From positions 1-59,864 of the IMG/VR virus record IMGVR_UViG_3300027835_000237: a DNA stretch of 59,864 nt. One strand, 5' to 3'. A program made the position numbers and the translations under genes. This document shows positions 8,239-16,863 of this stretch, piece by piece. Below the pieces are notes generated by a model that searched no databases, had not been told where the DNA came from, and saw nothing but the letters and a program-made list of their open reading frames with translations. Within the stretch, counting starts at the first letter, position 1. Each line of letters starts with the position of its first letter. The stretch is from a virus. Its lineage: Duplodnaviria; Caudoviricetes.

Positions 8239-9248
8239 TAGCGGCTCCTTTCAAACTCCGCAATCCCTTGTGCTATCCAGTGAGCTACAGGGAGGGTAAC
8301 AGCGTTTCCGAGGGCGCGGTAACGTGCAGAGTCCAACCCCTTTGGTAAGAGCGATTCTTCCATTTCGCGGGAATTGTCCAACCCTTCGGGAGTCCCTGGA
8401 GTATTTCGCACTCCGTTGGGGTCAGCCGGCGCACAGACAATTGCTGCTCGCTTTTCGTCTCGACTTGGATCTCCAGGGTGTCCTTTTGCTCCTTCTCCAC
8501 TTCGGAGGGGCGGGCTAACGATAAGGGTTGCTCGATCAGAACCGGATTGCTTTCGATGACTTGCGCGCGTATCACCTCCGCCTCGTAAGGTTGCGGCGAC
8601 GATGAGATTATCGGCTTCAGTTCTTGGGGGCCACTGGTTGCTAGTACCTCCAAAGTGGTTAGTAAGCGTTGCGGCAACTTCCTGTCGCGCTTCTTCGCCC
8701 TGCGTAGAATGCCCTGCGCTGCTCGGGGACTCAAAAAGAACCTCAATGGGGAAGTCGTTTCCAAGATATCCAATAATGAACACACGACGGCGTCTTTGGG
8801 CCACTCCGAAGAATTGACTGTCCAAAATTCGGTAGCCCGCACCATACCCGAGTTCGGCCAGGGTGCTAAGAACGATTCCGAAATCTCTTCCACTTTGGGA
8901 AGAGAGCAATCCGGGAACATTTTCGAGGACAAACCAGCGCGGTTTAATCTCTCCAATAACTCTAGCGATGTCGAAGAAGAGTCCTGATCGTTCCCCTGTG
9001 AGACCGGCGCGTTTTCCAGCGACCGAGAGATCCTGGCAGGGAAAGCCTGCGGTAAGAATATCAACGGGTTCAAGATTGTGCTTTCCAACTTCTCTAACAT
9101 CTGTGTACCTCCGAACATTGGGCCAGTGCGATTCTAAGATGGCATTACAGAACGGCTCAATTTCAACTTGCCAAACTAGTTCAAATCCAGCGAGTTCAAA
9201 TGCTAAATCAAAAACGCCGATACCAGTACATAAACTACCATGTTTCAT
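8238..9248 (-). CDS. DNA cytosine-5 methyltransferase, main (alpha-like) polypeptide
   Basis: Motifs I (LCTGIG), IV (GFPCQ), VI (ENV), VIII (QRRRR), X (LGNAV); motif IX absent from this frame. Confidence 0.93.
   Translation of the reverse strand: MKHGSLCTGIGVFDLAFELAGFELVWQVEIEPFCNAILESHWPNVRRYTDVREVGKHNLEPVDILTAGFPCQDLSVAGKRAGLTGERSGLFFDIARVIGEIKPRWFVLENVPGLLSSQSGRDFGIVLSTLAELGYGAGYRILDSQFFGVAQRRRRVFIIGYLGNDFPIEVLFESPSSAGHSTQGEEARQEVAATLTNHFGGTSNQWPPRTEADNLIVAATLRGGGDTRASHRKQSGSDRATLIVSPPLRSGEGAKGHPGDPSRDEKRAAIVCAPADPNGVRNTPGTPEGLDNSREMEESLLPKGLDSARYRALGNAVTLPVAHWIAQGIAEFERSR
8285..9100 (-). CDS. Nested alternative-frame polypeptide of the C5 MTase (beta-like, carries motif IX)
   Basis: 271-codon open frame inside the MTase; GGAGGT 6 nt before ATG 9100; contains VRRLTPTECEILQGLPKGWT. 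Confidence 0.75.
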   Translation of the reverse strand: MLEKLESTILNPLIFLPQAFPARISRSLENAPVSQGNDQDSSSTSLELLERLNRAGLSSKMFPDCSLPKVEEISESFLAPWPNSGMVRATEFWTVNSSEWPKDAVVCSLLDILETTSPLRFFLSPRAAQGILRRAKKRDRKLPQRLLTTLEVLATSGPQELKPIISSSPQPYEAEVIRAQVIESNPVLIEQPLSLARPSEVEKEQKDTLEIQVETKSEQQLSVRRLTPTECEILQGLPKGWTIPAKWKNRSYQRGWTLHVTAPSETLLPSL

Positions 9249-10186
9249 TACGCTAATCCCATAATTTTGAACATCTCAGCTACGCGCTCATGGTAGGTAT
9301 CGAAGCGCGCAACCCAAGCAGCACCATTCTTCTGAATTTCTGCCCGTTCTTTGTCGCGGGGCAACCAATACTCGATACGCTCCGCGAGATTACTCAGACT
9401 CCCGGCTTCATAATTCAGCATCCAGGGATTTACCATGCCGGCGCTAAACGGGTGTAGCAAAAATCCATACCGCCCAATAGTCTCGGGAATGCGATCACTC
9501 CAATAGTAGGGTGCGCCGGCAAAGCAACTATCTCCAATGACGATTTTTGCGCTTGCATAAATATCATTCAATGCCGATCCTCGAACACCGCCGTATGGTT
9601 CGGGGCCCCAAATTCTTACTTTCCACCTGCGCGAAGCTTCTTTTTCAAGCCAGGTTACTAGCTGCTCACGAAACGGATACTCGGGATGATAGCCCTTCGC
9701 ACCTACCCAAGCTACATCACATATCTTTTCCTCGCGCACATGCCCGGCGTAACAACTAGCCTTCAAAATTGCTGGCGGCAACCAATGATGCTTTACGCCG
9801 CGCGCTTTGAACTTTTCATTGTTCCCTCCGTCGGCCGTGAAGATGTAATCCATCTTCCACCACGGCGTTGTGCCGATGCGGCCTTCACGACCATCACCAA
9901 GTTCCAAGCCCCAGTAGCGATCTAGGTGCATACCAAAGGTAGGAATCTTCCGCGCCCGGAAAATGGAAAGTACTTCTTCCATTGGGATCGAGCCGGGCGT
10001 CGACCAGCCGTGGGTATTTACCCAGGCGAAAATATCTGAAGCTATACCCGCCGCAATGCAATCTGCGCCGGTTGCTTGCCCTTCTTGCAGAGGCACAACC
10101 GTATGCCCGAGGTCTTCAAAAGTTTTCTTGTAATCTACCTCTGTGCAATGCGCTTGTGAAAAATTGCCAAGAAAACTTATTTTCAT
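9248..10186 (-). CDS. Glycosyltransferase (GT-B, CgeB/Glyco_trans_1_2-like)
   Basis: CDVAWVG, R..L, LNDIYASAKIVIGDS..YWSDRIPETIGRYGFLLHP. Confidence 0.78.
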   Translation of the reverse strand: MKISFLGNFSQAHCTEVDYKKTFEDLGHTVVPLQEGQATGADCIAAGIASDIFAWVNTHGWSTPGSIPMEEVLSIFRARKIPTFGMHLDRYWGLELGDGREGRIGTTPWWKMDYIFTADGGNNEKFKARGVKHHWLPPAILKASCYAGHVREEKICDVAWVGAKGYHPEYPFREQLVTWLEKEASRRWKVRIWGPEPYGGVRGSALNDIYASAKIVIGDSCFAGAPYYWSDRIPETIGRYGFLLHPFSAGMVNPWMLNYEAGSLSNLAERIEYWLPRDKERAEIQKNGAAWVARFDTYHERVAEMFKIMGLA

Positions 10187-10440
10187 GACCGCCTCTTTTT
10201 CCTAATATGTAGCGCCCACCACACAACCACAGCGGGTGTTGTCTTTGCAAATACATCAATTGCTGCTGCTGACCACATATCCATGCCGCTACGAACATCA
10301 GATATTTCAAAGCCTATCACAAAACATAGGATCGACACAAGCAAAACAGTTCGATGTCCGGCCGCCACAATTCCACCCACAACACCCCAGGTTGCAAGAT
10401 GAAGAGGAACCTGCTGTAATCCTTCGCGCCAATCATGCAT
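10183..10440 (-). CDS. Small membrane protein
   Basis: 2-3 hydrophobic segments, basic C-terminus, overlaps with neighbours. Confidence 0.55.
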   Translation of the reverse strand: MHDWREGLQQVPLHLATWGVVGGIVAAGHRTVLLVSILCFVIGFEISDVRSGMDMWSAAAIDVFAKTTPAVVVWWALHIRKKRRS

Positions 10441-11353
10441 TAGGAATGATCTCCTTTAGCGTTTGCCGAAAACTTTCACGATCTACAAGAAACGCGGCGC
10501 GCGCCTGTTCACCAATAGCATCTAATTCGTCCTCTGGCATAGTCATTGCAAATTCAACTACCCGTCGCATGGCGTGCGGATTAACATGATAAAACCAAGT
10601 TTCAAATCTTTCAATTTTATGATACACAGGTAAAAGCATTCGCGTATCTATACCAGCGAATTCATTCATAGGTGGAGCATCGGTTGTTAGTACAACACTT
10701 TTACAGCCCATCGCTTCATTCAAAGTATGTCCCCAACCTTCCGCCCAACTCGGCAGCAAACAAAATTGATGAATATTAAACAAGACTTGAAGCGTTGTGT
10801 TATCAACACGACCTACCAAAGCAATATTTGGATGTCCCTGACCACTATCAGGTAGGAATAAATCGTAGGACATAATTGTCAACGGAACAGTACAGCCACT
10901 ACGCCACGCTTGGATAACTTCTTCGGTCCCTTTGGCAATGCTTTTCCCTGCTATATGAAGAATTTTTCGCTGCTTAGGAAGGTGCGGCAAATACAAATCA
11001 TCAGCTTCAAAGCCAATGTAGATACATTTTTCTGCACCAGCAAGACGCCGAAAAAGTTGCAAACTATCTTGCGTTTTACACCAAATTTGATCAACATATC
11101 GGAGGGCGCTAGTCATCGAAGGATGATGCCATTCTGGATTTGGGATGTAGACATTCCATTTCGCACGACTGCACCACTCCGGGATATAGGTTTCAAGGAA
11201 GATATTCCAATCTGCTCGTTCCGGGGCCCACTGGGCGTTGAACTGATGATCTCGAACTTGCCAGCCCTTTGCTTCAAAAATACCTCTGAGCAAGCGGGCA
11301 TCACGCTCAAGCCCGGCACCATTCAGATGATTTGTGATCAAATTGCAGCGCAT
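10433..11353 (-). CDS. Glycosyltransferase family 4-like (GT-B)
   Basis: LHIAGKS.AKG, LPSWAEGWGHTLNEAMGCKSVVLTTD (E-x7-E motif). Confidence 0.85.
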   Translation of the reverse strand: MRCNLITNHLNGAGLERDARLLRGIFEAKGWQVRDHQFNAQWAPERADWNIFLETYIPEWCSRAKWNVYIPNPEWHHPSMTSALRYVDQIWCKTQDSLQLFRRLAGAEKCIYIGFEADDLYLPHLPKQRKILHIAGKSIAKGTEEVIQAWRSGCTVPLTIMSYDLFLPDSGQGHPNIALVGRVDNTTLQVLFNIHQFCLLPSWAEGWGHTLNEAMGCKSVVLTTDAPPMNEFAGIDTRMLLPVYHKIERFETWFYHVNPHAMRRVVEFAMTMPEDELDAIGEQARAAFLVDRESFRQTLKEIIPNA

Positions 11354-11628
11354 TAAATTGGAATATCGAAATTGCGTGTTTCCATTTTCCGCTTTTTCTT
11401 GCCTTCAAGTGCAGCAAGCACAGCCTTAGTAATCTCGGCAACAAGACGCTCCCGTTCTGAATCCGCAAGCACAACCACAGTGGGATAAGTAGGAGCAGGC
11501 CATACTGTAGAGCCGAAGGATTTCGGACAAATGTGCATTGTGCCAGGTATTACCCAAGCACCGCACATGTTACAAGCGTAACCAGAAACCGGCAGAAGAC
11601 CGGGCGCACTACTTGTGTGATTTTCCAT
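11353..11628 (-). CDS. Hypothetical protein with CxxC...HxC
   Basis: CNMC..HIC; GGAG upstream, TAATG overlap downstream. Confidence 0.5.
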   Translation of the reverse strand: MENHTSSAPGLLPVSGYACNMCGAWVIPGTMHICPKSFGSTVWPAPTYPTVVVLADSERERLVAEITKAVLAALEGKKKRKMETRNFDIPI

Positions 11629-11637
11629 TTAACTCTC

Positions 11638-12003
11638 CTAGAGAGCTTTCTTGACGTCCGCGAGAAGCGCCCTGCCTGCGGCTTCCGCCCCCGCAAGAGC
11701 GGCGGCCGCAACATGCTCAAGCTGCTTAAAGAACTCCTCAGAAATAGCAATACCTTGAGCAAGTTGTTTCTCGATCACATCTTCTTCGGCTTTCGTCTTA
11801 GCCAACCCTTGTTTCGCGGCGGCCAGAATAATCCGCTCGATGCGTACAGCAGACTGCTGTGCCTTTTCCGCCTCATTGTGGGCGTAGTAGGCCACAACAT
11901 GAGCATTCTCTGCGGCACGTTTGATAGCCCGGGCCCCGTACTTCTCACCCAAATAGGCCGCAGCGACAGCAATAGCCAGGTACAACAATACAGTAATCAG
12001 CAT
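11638..12003 (-). CDS. Membrane-anchored Ala-rich helical protein
   Basis: N-terminal hydrophobic segment, SD AGGAGG. Confidence 0.6.
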   Translation of the reverse strand: MLITVLLYLAIAVAAAYLGEKYGARAIKRAAENAHVVAYYAHNEAEKAQQSAVRIERIILAAAKQGLAKTKAEEDVIEKQLAQGIAISEEFFKQLEHVAAAALAGAEAAGRALLADVKKAL

Positions 12004-12012
12004 AGTAGCCTC

Positions 12013-12831
12013 CTAAAGTTTTATCACACCATCTACTGTAACCGTAGCACGCCGATGTCCAAAAAAGTAGCACATACGATTAGAATTCTGGTTATCTCGT
12101 ATCCCATCTAAATAAAAGAACAAGCGTAACCGTTGTACAAACGATTCATAAAGAGTATCAGATGCCCAACCCGAATGAATTTCAAGACTAAGTAATTTAA
12201 TCTGACGCAGTACATTCTCGGGAACTGCCAAAAACAATTCAAATTCGTGCCCCTCGATATCGCACTTCACACAATCCCAATCTTGGTTGCCGATAGCATC
12301 GGCCAATGATAACGCCGTCACTAATGTCGTACCTTTTTCACCTACGGAACAAGTGCGACTATTAACCGTTTTGCCCCGAGCAAATTGGCCCTCTTTCTCC
12401 AGCACAGTCGTACCTTCAATCCAAACACTACCATTAAAAGTGGTGATTGCTGCTTGAACAGGTCTAACATACTTTTCAATTCCATTTCGCGTAATCGTAT
12501 CAAGCAATATCTTAAAGGCTATCGGATTTGGCTCAAAAGCTGTAACATAAGCCCCGTTCAAAGCGCATAATGCAGTAAAAACACCTTTATTAGCACCAAT
12601 ATCTAAAACGCGAGCACCAGGAAAACCCTTAAAACCCCATTGATTTTTGAAAATCTGCTCCATCATCCAGGGATCATCAAAGTCAAAGTTTTCTCGACGA
12701 ACCTCTGGATTTGTTTGCGTAATATTCGCCCACACCCAATCTGATCGAACATCTATTGGAATACTTTCATCTGCCACATTAGTCACAACCCAGGTTTTAC
12801 CGCGCGATGTAATATTATAAAGTATGCCCAT
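12013..12831 (-). CDS. FkbM-family SAM-dependent methyltransferase
   Basis: VLDIGANKGVF, AFEPN, VKCDIEGHE, LEIH. Confidence 0.87.
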   Translation of the reverse strand: MGILYNITSRGKTWVVTNVADESIPIDVRSDWVWANITQTNPEVRRENFDFDDPWMMEQIFKNQWGFKGFPGARVLDIGANKGVFTALCALNGAYVTAFEPNPIAFKILLDTITRNGIEKYVRPVQAAITTFNGSVWIEGTTVLEKEGQFARGKTVNSRTCSVGEKGTTLVTALSLADAIGNQDWDCVKCDIEGHEFELFLAVPENVLRQIKLLSLEIHSGWASDTLYESFVQRLRLFFYLDGIRDNQNSNRMCYFFGHRRATVTVDGVIKL

Positions 12832-12835
12832 CGCA

Positions 12836-13633
12836 CTAGGGTAATTGAAGAAAATCCCAACTAGCGCGATCAATACCTATAGCAGTCGTACTTCGACATT
12901 GCAAATACACAAGTTGAGTTGAGGGAACAACAATATGCCCAACACCATGAACTACAGATCGACCGAGTGTGTTTGCTCCAGCACTATCCCAACTACCTGC
13001 GGCCGTAGATTCAATTACTGCATTTGTTACTTGATCTAAACTTACACGACAAGACAAGGTTAATTCGGGGTTTGTATCATATATCGTAGCCCAAACTAAA
13101 TAATTACCAGCAGTTATCGTTTGTACTAAAACTGTAGCGTAATCTGTAGCAACAGTAAACCCTCCGGGACTAGCATTCCAAAAAAAGGCGGGCGTAGGTG
13201 CGGCTGCTCCCGGCGGACCTGCTATACCTGTAGAACCAGTGGCACCTGTTGCTCCAGGCACACCCATGATGCCTTGAATACCTGGAGGGCCTGGCACTCC
13301 TGGTGTACCAGCGGGGCCGGCAGGACCAGTAGTGAGAACTGGAAGCAACGTAACATCTATAGAAGTAAGATGGTCACTAGTAATTGAAACGGTTATCGTT
13401 TGAGAAACCCATCCGGGTTCACTCGCTGCGAAAACTACTGTGTGCAAGCCGGGCGCTAATTTTACTGTCGTCGGTGTATCAGGTATGCGGGGTGCTACAC
13501 CATCAACCGTAATGTTCGCGCCGAGAGGAAAGGATGTTGCAAATAAAGTTCCTTTATCAACATGGGCAAAAGAGGTTAAAGAAGCAAGCAACATTCCTAT
13601 AAACAGAAAACTGATTTGAAAAAACTTTTTCAT
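12836..13633 (-). CDS. Secreted PEGA-like domain plus collagen-like repeat protein
   Basis: Signal peptide (MKKFF...SFA), TSFPLGANITVDG..TP...LAPGLHTV, G-x-y run GPAGPAGTPGVPGPPG. Confidence 0.7.
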   Translation of the reverse strand: MKKFFQISFLFIGMLLASLTSFAHVDKGTLFATSFPLGANITVDGVAPRIPDTPTTVKLAPGLHTVVFAASEPGWVSQTITVSITSDHLTSIDVTLLPVLTTGPAGPAGTPGVPGPPGIQGIMGVPGATGATGSTGIAGPPGAAAPTPAFFWNASPGGFTVATDYATVLVQTITAGNYLVWATIYDTNPELTLSCRVSLDQVTNAVIESTAAGSWDSAGANTLGRSVVHGVGHIVVPSTQLVYLQCRSTTAIGIDRASWDFLQLP

Positions 13634-13653
13634 TATAATAGTCTCCTGTAACT

Positions 13654-13682
13654 AAGGTATCACGATTAAAGTAGAATGTCAA
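13654..13682 (-). promoter_or_regulatory. Sigma70-type promoter
   Basis: TTGACA-17 bp-TACCTT with TG extension, intergenic. Confidence 0.7.
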
Positions 13683-13691
13683 GCAAAATCT

Positions 13692-14462
13692 TTAGAGATT
13701 ATCCCACAAGTAAGCAAAAGGAGGAGCGTCAAGTGCGGGACAGGATGAAGCACCCCCGCTCATCTGTTCGCATCTAGCGACTCTACTTGACGCCTCGAAA
13801 TCGTCCTCAAAGTGTGACAGCCACGTATGATGCAATCTTGCTAAGACCTGGCGAACATGTGGACTTTTAAGTGAGAGATGTTCCGCAACTTCTACAGAAT
13901 CCCATCCCATTCGATAAAACAAATACACCACCGCAACAATAACTTCCGCGTGGCCGCGCTGCGTAAGCACCAAATCCGTATCTAGGATCTGAATCTGCTT
14001 TTCTAAACCCAAAAGACTTTTCACCCGCAGGTAGGCGCGAGCGTAATCTGCATCCATCGGCAACTGCCCATTATGCTCAGGACACGATTGATAAAGGGCC
14101 GTCACTTCCTCATCGGATCCGTCTAACCCGACTGCGGAGATCCGTTTATGCTCTTGCACCCACTGCTTCAATAGCTCTTTCTTGTATGGTGCATAATGAA
14201 GTGCTGCACCGCGCGCATTGTGCAATCGTTCTAAAAGTGTGAGTGTCGTCGGGGGCGTGATAAAGAACCGATTCTCCAAGTATGCAACCAACAACTTGCG
14301 GAGCAAATCATCTCGTATACTCCATATAGGAGTTTCCGTTTTACGGACACGCTGATCTTGCCGGCGATAGACATGCATCCGGCTGAAATCGGGGAAGGTA
14401 AGACCCGTCTCTACACTAACAAAATAGCCGGATTTGATACGCCCCAAACGCCGGCCACTCAT
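13692..14462 (-). CDS. Hypothetical protein with C-terminal sigma70 region 4-like HTH
   Basis: LFYRMGWDSVEVAEHLSLKSPHVRQVLARL. Confidence 0.5.
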   Translation of the reverse strand: MSGRRLGRIKSGYFVSVETGLTFPDFSRMHVYRRQDQRVRKTETPIWSIRDDLLRKLLVAYLENRFFITPPTTLTLLERLHNARGAALHYAPYKKELLKQWVQEHKRISAVGLDGSDEEVTALYQSCPEHNGQLPMDADYARAYLRVKSLLGLEKQIQILDTDLVLTQRGHAEVIVAVVYLFYRMGWDSVEVAEHLSLKSPHVRQVLARLHHTWLSHFEDDFEASSRVARCEQMSGGASSCPALDAPPFAYLWDNL

Positions 14463-14833
14463 TTCACCCTCGCAGGATACTTTTCACTGCACTCCGAACA
14501 TTCCCAAATCTTTTTATCCTCCGTTTCATAGTGAATCCCACTGCCACAATTCGGGCATATTCCGCATTGCATATTGTTCGCGCGCAAACCTTCGGCTACT
14601 TTAATTTCGTGTTCGGTGCCGCAGTTCAAACAGGTGCCGCCCGTTGATGTCGTAATCAATCCGCCGCACGATGTACACAACGGCAACTTACCTGCCACAC
14701 CTAGCATCAATTCGGGACGTTTAGTTACATGGGGGATAGGCCCAGCATTGCTTGGGAAGGGATTGCAAAGACCGCAAGATTCTGCTATCTCATGTCCTTC
14801 AGGCCAATATACAGAATGTTCACACTTTCTCAT
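14459..14833 (-). CDS. Cys-rich multi zinc-ribbon protein
   Basis: CGLC, CTSC, CLNC, CPNC, CSEC. Confidence 0.6.
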   Translation of the reverse strand: MRKCEHSVYWPEGHEIAESCGLCNPFPSNAGPIPHVTKRPELMLGVAGKLPLCTSCGGLITTSTGGTCLNCGTEHEIKVAEGLRANNMQCGICPNCGSGIHYETEDKKIWECSECSEKYPARVK

Positions 14834-15167
14834 GTTCTCCGAATTTCGGAACCCTTCCGTGCTTCTCAACATGACAAACGTGGCACAGCGTTTGACCATT
14901 CTCTACGCTGATTTCACCACCTTGACCACGAGAAATCTTTTCGTCTAGCTCACCAACATACCAGGACATCTTTCGACCGCAATGAACGCATGTCCAGTTA
15001 TCGCGCTCAAAAACCTGCCAGCGAATTTGCTCAATGGCTTCCTCACGGTTTCCAAAAAACGGAAGCACGCCATCAACCGAGGCCACCATTGCTGCCTTTG
15101 TGTTTTTGAAGATACGAACTACGCGACGATCTTTTGCTTCTACCCAACAATCAATTGACTTAGGCAT
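14820..15167 (-). CDS. HNH endonuclease-like protein
   Basis: VFERDNWTCVHCG...DE..SRGQGG....NGQTLCHVCH; the usual DH is DE here. Confidence 0.7.
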   Translation of the reverse strand: MPKSIDCWVEAKDRRVVRIFKNTKAAMVASVDGVLPFFGNREEAIEQIRWQVFERDNWTCVHCGRKMSWYVGELDEKISRGQGGEISVENGQTLCHVCHVEKHGRVPKFGEHEKV

Positions 15168-15849
15168 CGCCACGCTCTGCGGGTGTTCCATACACATCAA
15201 CAGCGTGCGTGCCCACAAACTCGCGCACCGCCGCGAGTATAGCATCCTTGCGCTTCGCCCAATCGGGTTGTGATGGTTTTTGTTCTAGCAAGCGTTCGGC
15301 TAGTTCAAAGAATCCTTCCACTTCTTTCTTCTCCGAAGGTTCTAAGTAAGCTCCGCCGAAGTCGAACCACACGCCCTTGACATTCGCATCGGGGGCAAGT
15401 TGATAGGTCTCGAACGCCTGAACTTTCAACTCCTTCACCGTAACTTTATCATCTAGCGCGGCCACAAGAAGCTCGGGCGTAACCGGGAGGCCGGCGCGCC
15501 GCGAAGCGTGCGCAAGCGTGAGCGCCTTGCTTACACCCATTTGGTTCAAACCCTCTTCGCCGGCTACTGGCAGCAACCGCTCAGCAACTTCGGTGTAGGC
15601 GTAAAGCTGACTCTGCTTGCGCCCGAAGCGATCGCGTAACGATGCTAAGTACGAGGCGAAACTATGAAATGGCACGCTCTTGTATTCGAGCACGCGCCAC
15701 GCCTCAGTCGTTTTAACGCGGGTAAGTAAAACACCCAAACCCGCATAGCTATGATCTAGTTTCTGCTCGTTCTCAGAAATAGCAGCAACCATCTGATCAA
15801 TGGCCTTAGCTAACTCTTGCGCGTCGTTCTTTGTAATGGCTTCTGTCAT
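15160..15849 (-). CDS. Hypothetical protein
   Basis: 229-aa ORF with SD GAGG, overlaps neighbours. Confidence 0.6.
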   Translation of the reverse strand: MTEAITKNDAQELAKAIDQMVAAISENEQKLDHSYAGLGVLLTRVKTTEAWRVLEYKSVPFHSFASYLASLRDRFGRKQSQLYAYTEVAERLLPVAGEEGLNQMGVSKALTLAHASRRAGLPVTPELLVAALDDKVTVKELKVQAFETYQLAPDANVKGVWFDFGGAYLEPSEKKEVEGFFELAERLLEQKPSQPDWAKRKDAILAAVREFVGTHAVDVYGTPAERGDA

Positions 15850-16640
15850 GGTTTCCTCGTAGCGTAAAGTGAAATATAACGACCTTCTCCCGCAAACCTT
15901 GCGTCACCATCAGGAATTCCATCTAATGCAAACAACCGCGCAAGGTATGCGATAAATCTATCATACAAAATCTTGTCTACATAGCCATTATGAAGTTCAA
16001 CTGTAAGAAATTTAATGCGTTGTAGTGTATCATCGGATGCAGATAAAAGCAACTCAAATTCTGCACCCTCAATATCTATTTTCACGCAGTCCCATTCCTG
16101 TACTCCCACCGCATCAGCAAAGGATATGGCATCTATGTATTCCGCTTTTCTCATGACTTCTGCTTCAGTAGTTGTCGCGGCTACGACTTTGACCATCGTT
16201 CCAGTACAAGTTGACCATGTCCGTGTTTCATTACGATCAGTTTCATCGGCCATGCCCCAGTAGGGCAATAAACCCGCTACCGAAGCTAAAGCTATTCTTT
16301 GCGGGTTCACAAACTTTTCAATTCCATTTAACGAAATCGTTTTCAAAAGTTGTCTAAACGCACCCGCATTAGGTTCGTAAGCTACAACACTAGCTCCATT
16401 CAATGCGCATAGTGCAGTAAAAATTCCGATGTTGGCCCCAACATCCATCACCAAATTACCAGGGTTTGCTACAAAACGACAACAATTATTCACTACGATT
16501 TCGTGAAGAGCAAACGGATTATCGTCATGAACAAAATTCTCGCGTTTGAACTCTGGATGGGTTTGCGCCAATAATCCCCACACCCAATTTGCGCGTTCAG
16601 CTAAAGAACACGATATATCGCCCATCCCAGTAGGCGTCAC
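15846..16640 (-). CDS. FkbM-family methyltransferase (second copy)
   Basis: MDVGANIGIF, AYEPN, VKIDIEGAE, VELH. Confidence 0.87.
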   Translation of the reverse strand: MTPTGMGDISCSLAERANWVWGLLAQTHPEFKRENFVHDDNPFALHEIVVNNCCRFVANPGNLVMDVGANIGIFTALCALNGASVVAYEPNAGAFRQLLKTISLNGIEKFVNPQRIALASVAGLLPYWGMADETDRNETRTWSTCTGTMVKVVAATTTEAEVMRKAEYIDAISFADAVGVQEWDCVKIDIEGAEFELLLSASDDTLQRIKFLTVELHNGYVDKILYDRFIAYLARLFALDGIPDGDARFAGEGRYISLYATRKP

Positions 16641-16840
16641 TGGCGATTCACCGTGCCTACTGGAATAGCCGTAGGTGTATCAGGTATGCGGGGAGCTACA
16701 CCATCAACCGTGACGTTCGCACCGAGCGGAAAGGACGTTGCAAACAAAGTTCCTTTTTCCGGGTGAGGGTGAGCAAAAGAAGTTAAAGAAGCAAACAGCA
16801 TTGCTACAAACAACGCACTGATCTGAAACAACTTTTTCAT
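16637..16840 (-). CDS. Truncated paralogue of the PEGA-like secreted protein
   Basis: First ~57 aa nearly identical to 12836..13633, then stops. Confidence 0.65.
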   Translation of the reverse strand: MKKLFQISALFVAMLFASLTSFAHPHPEKGTLFATSFPLGANVTVDGVAPRIPDTPTAIPVGTVNRQ

Positions 16841-16863
16841 CGTAATCTCCTAATTAGTTTTGA

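Noticed and set aside
2844-9248. Restriction-modification system
   Set aside because: No cognate restriction endonuclease next to either MTase; orphan phage MTases fit better.
13473-16840. Diversity-generating retroelement TR/VR pair
   Set aside because: Mismatches are mostly synonymous and not adenine-specific, the repeat is at gene 5' ends, and no reverse transcriptase is present.
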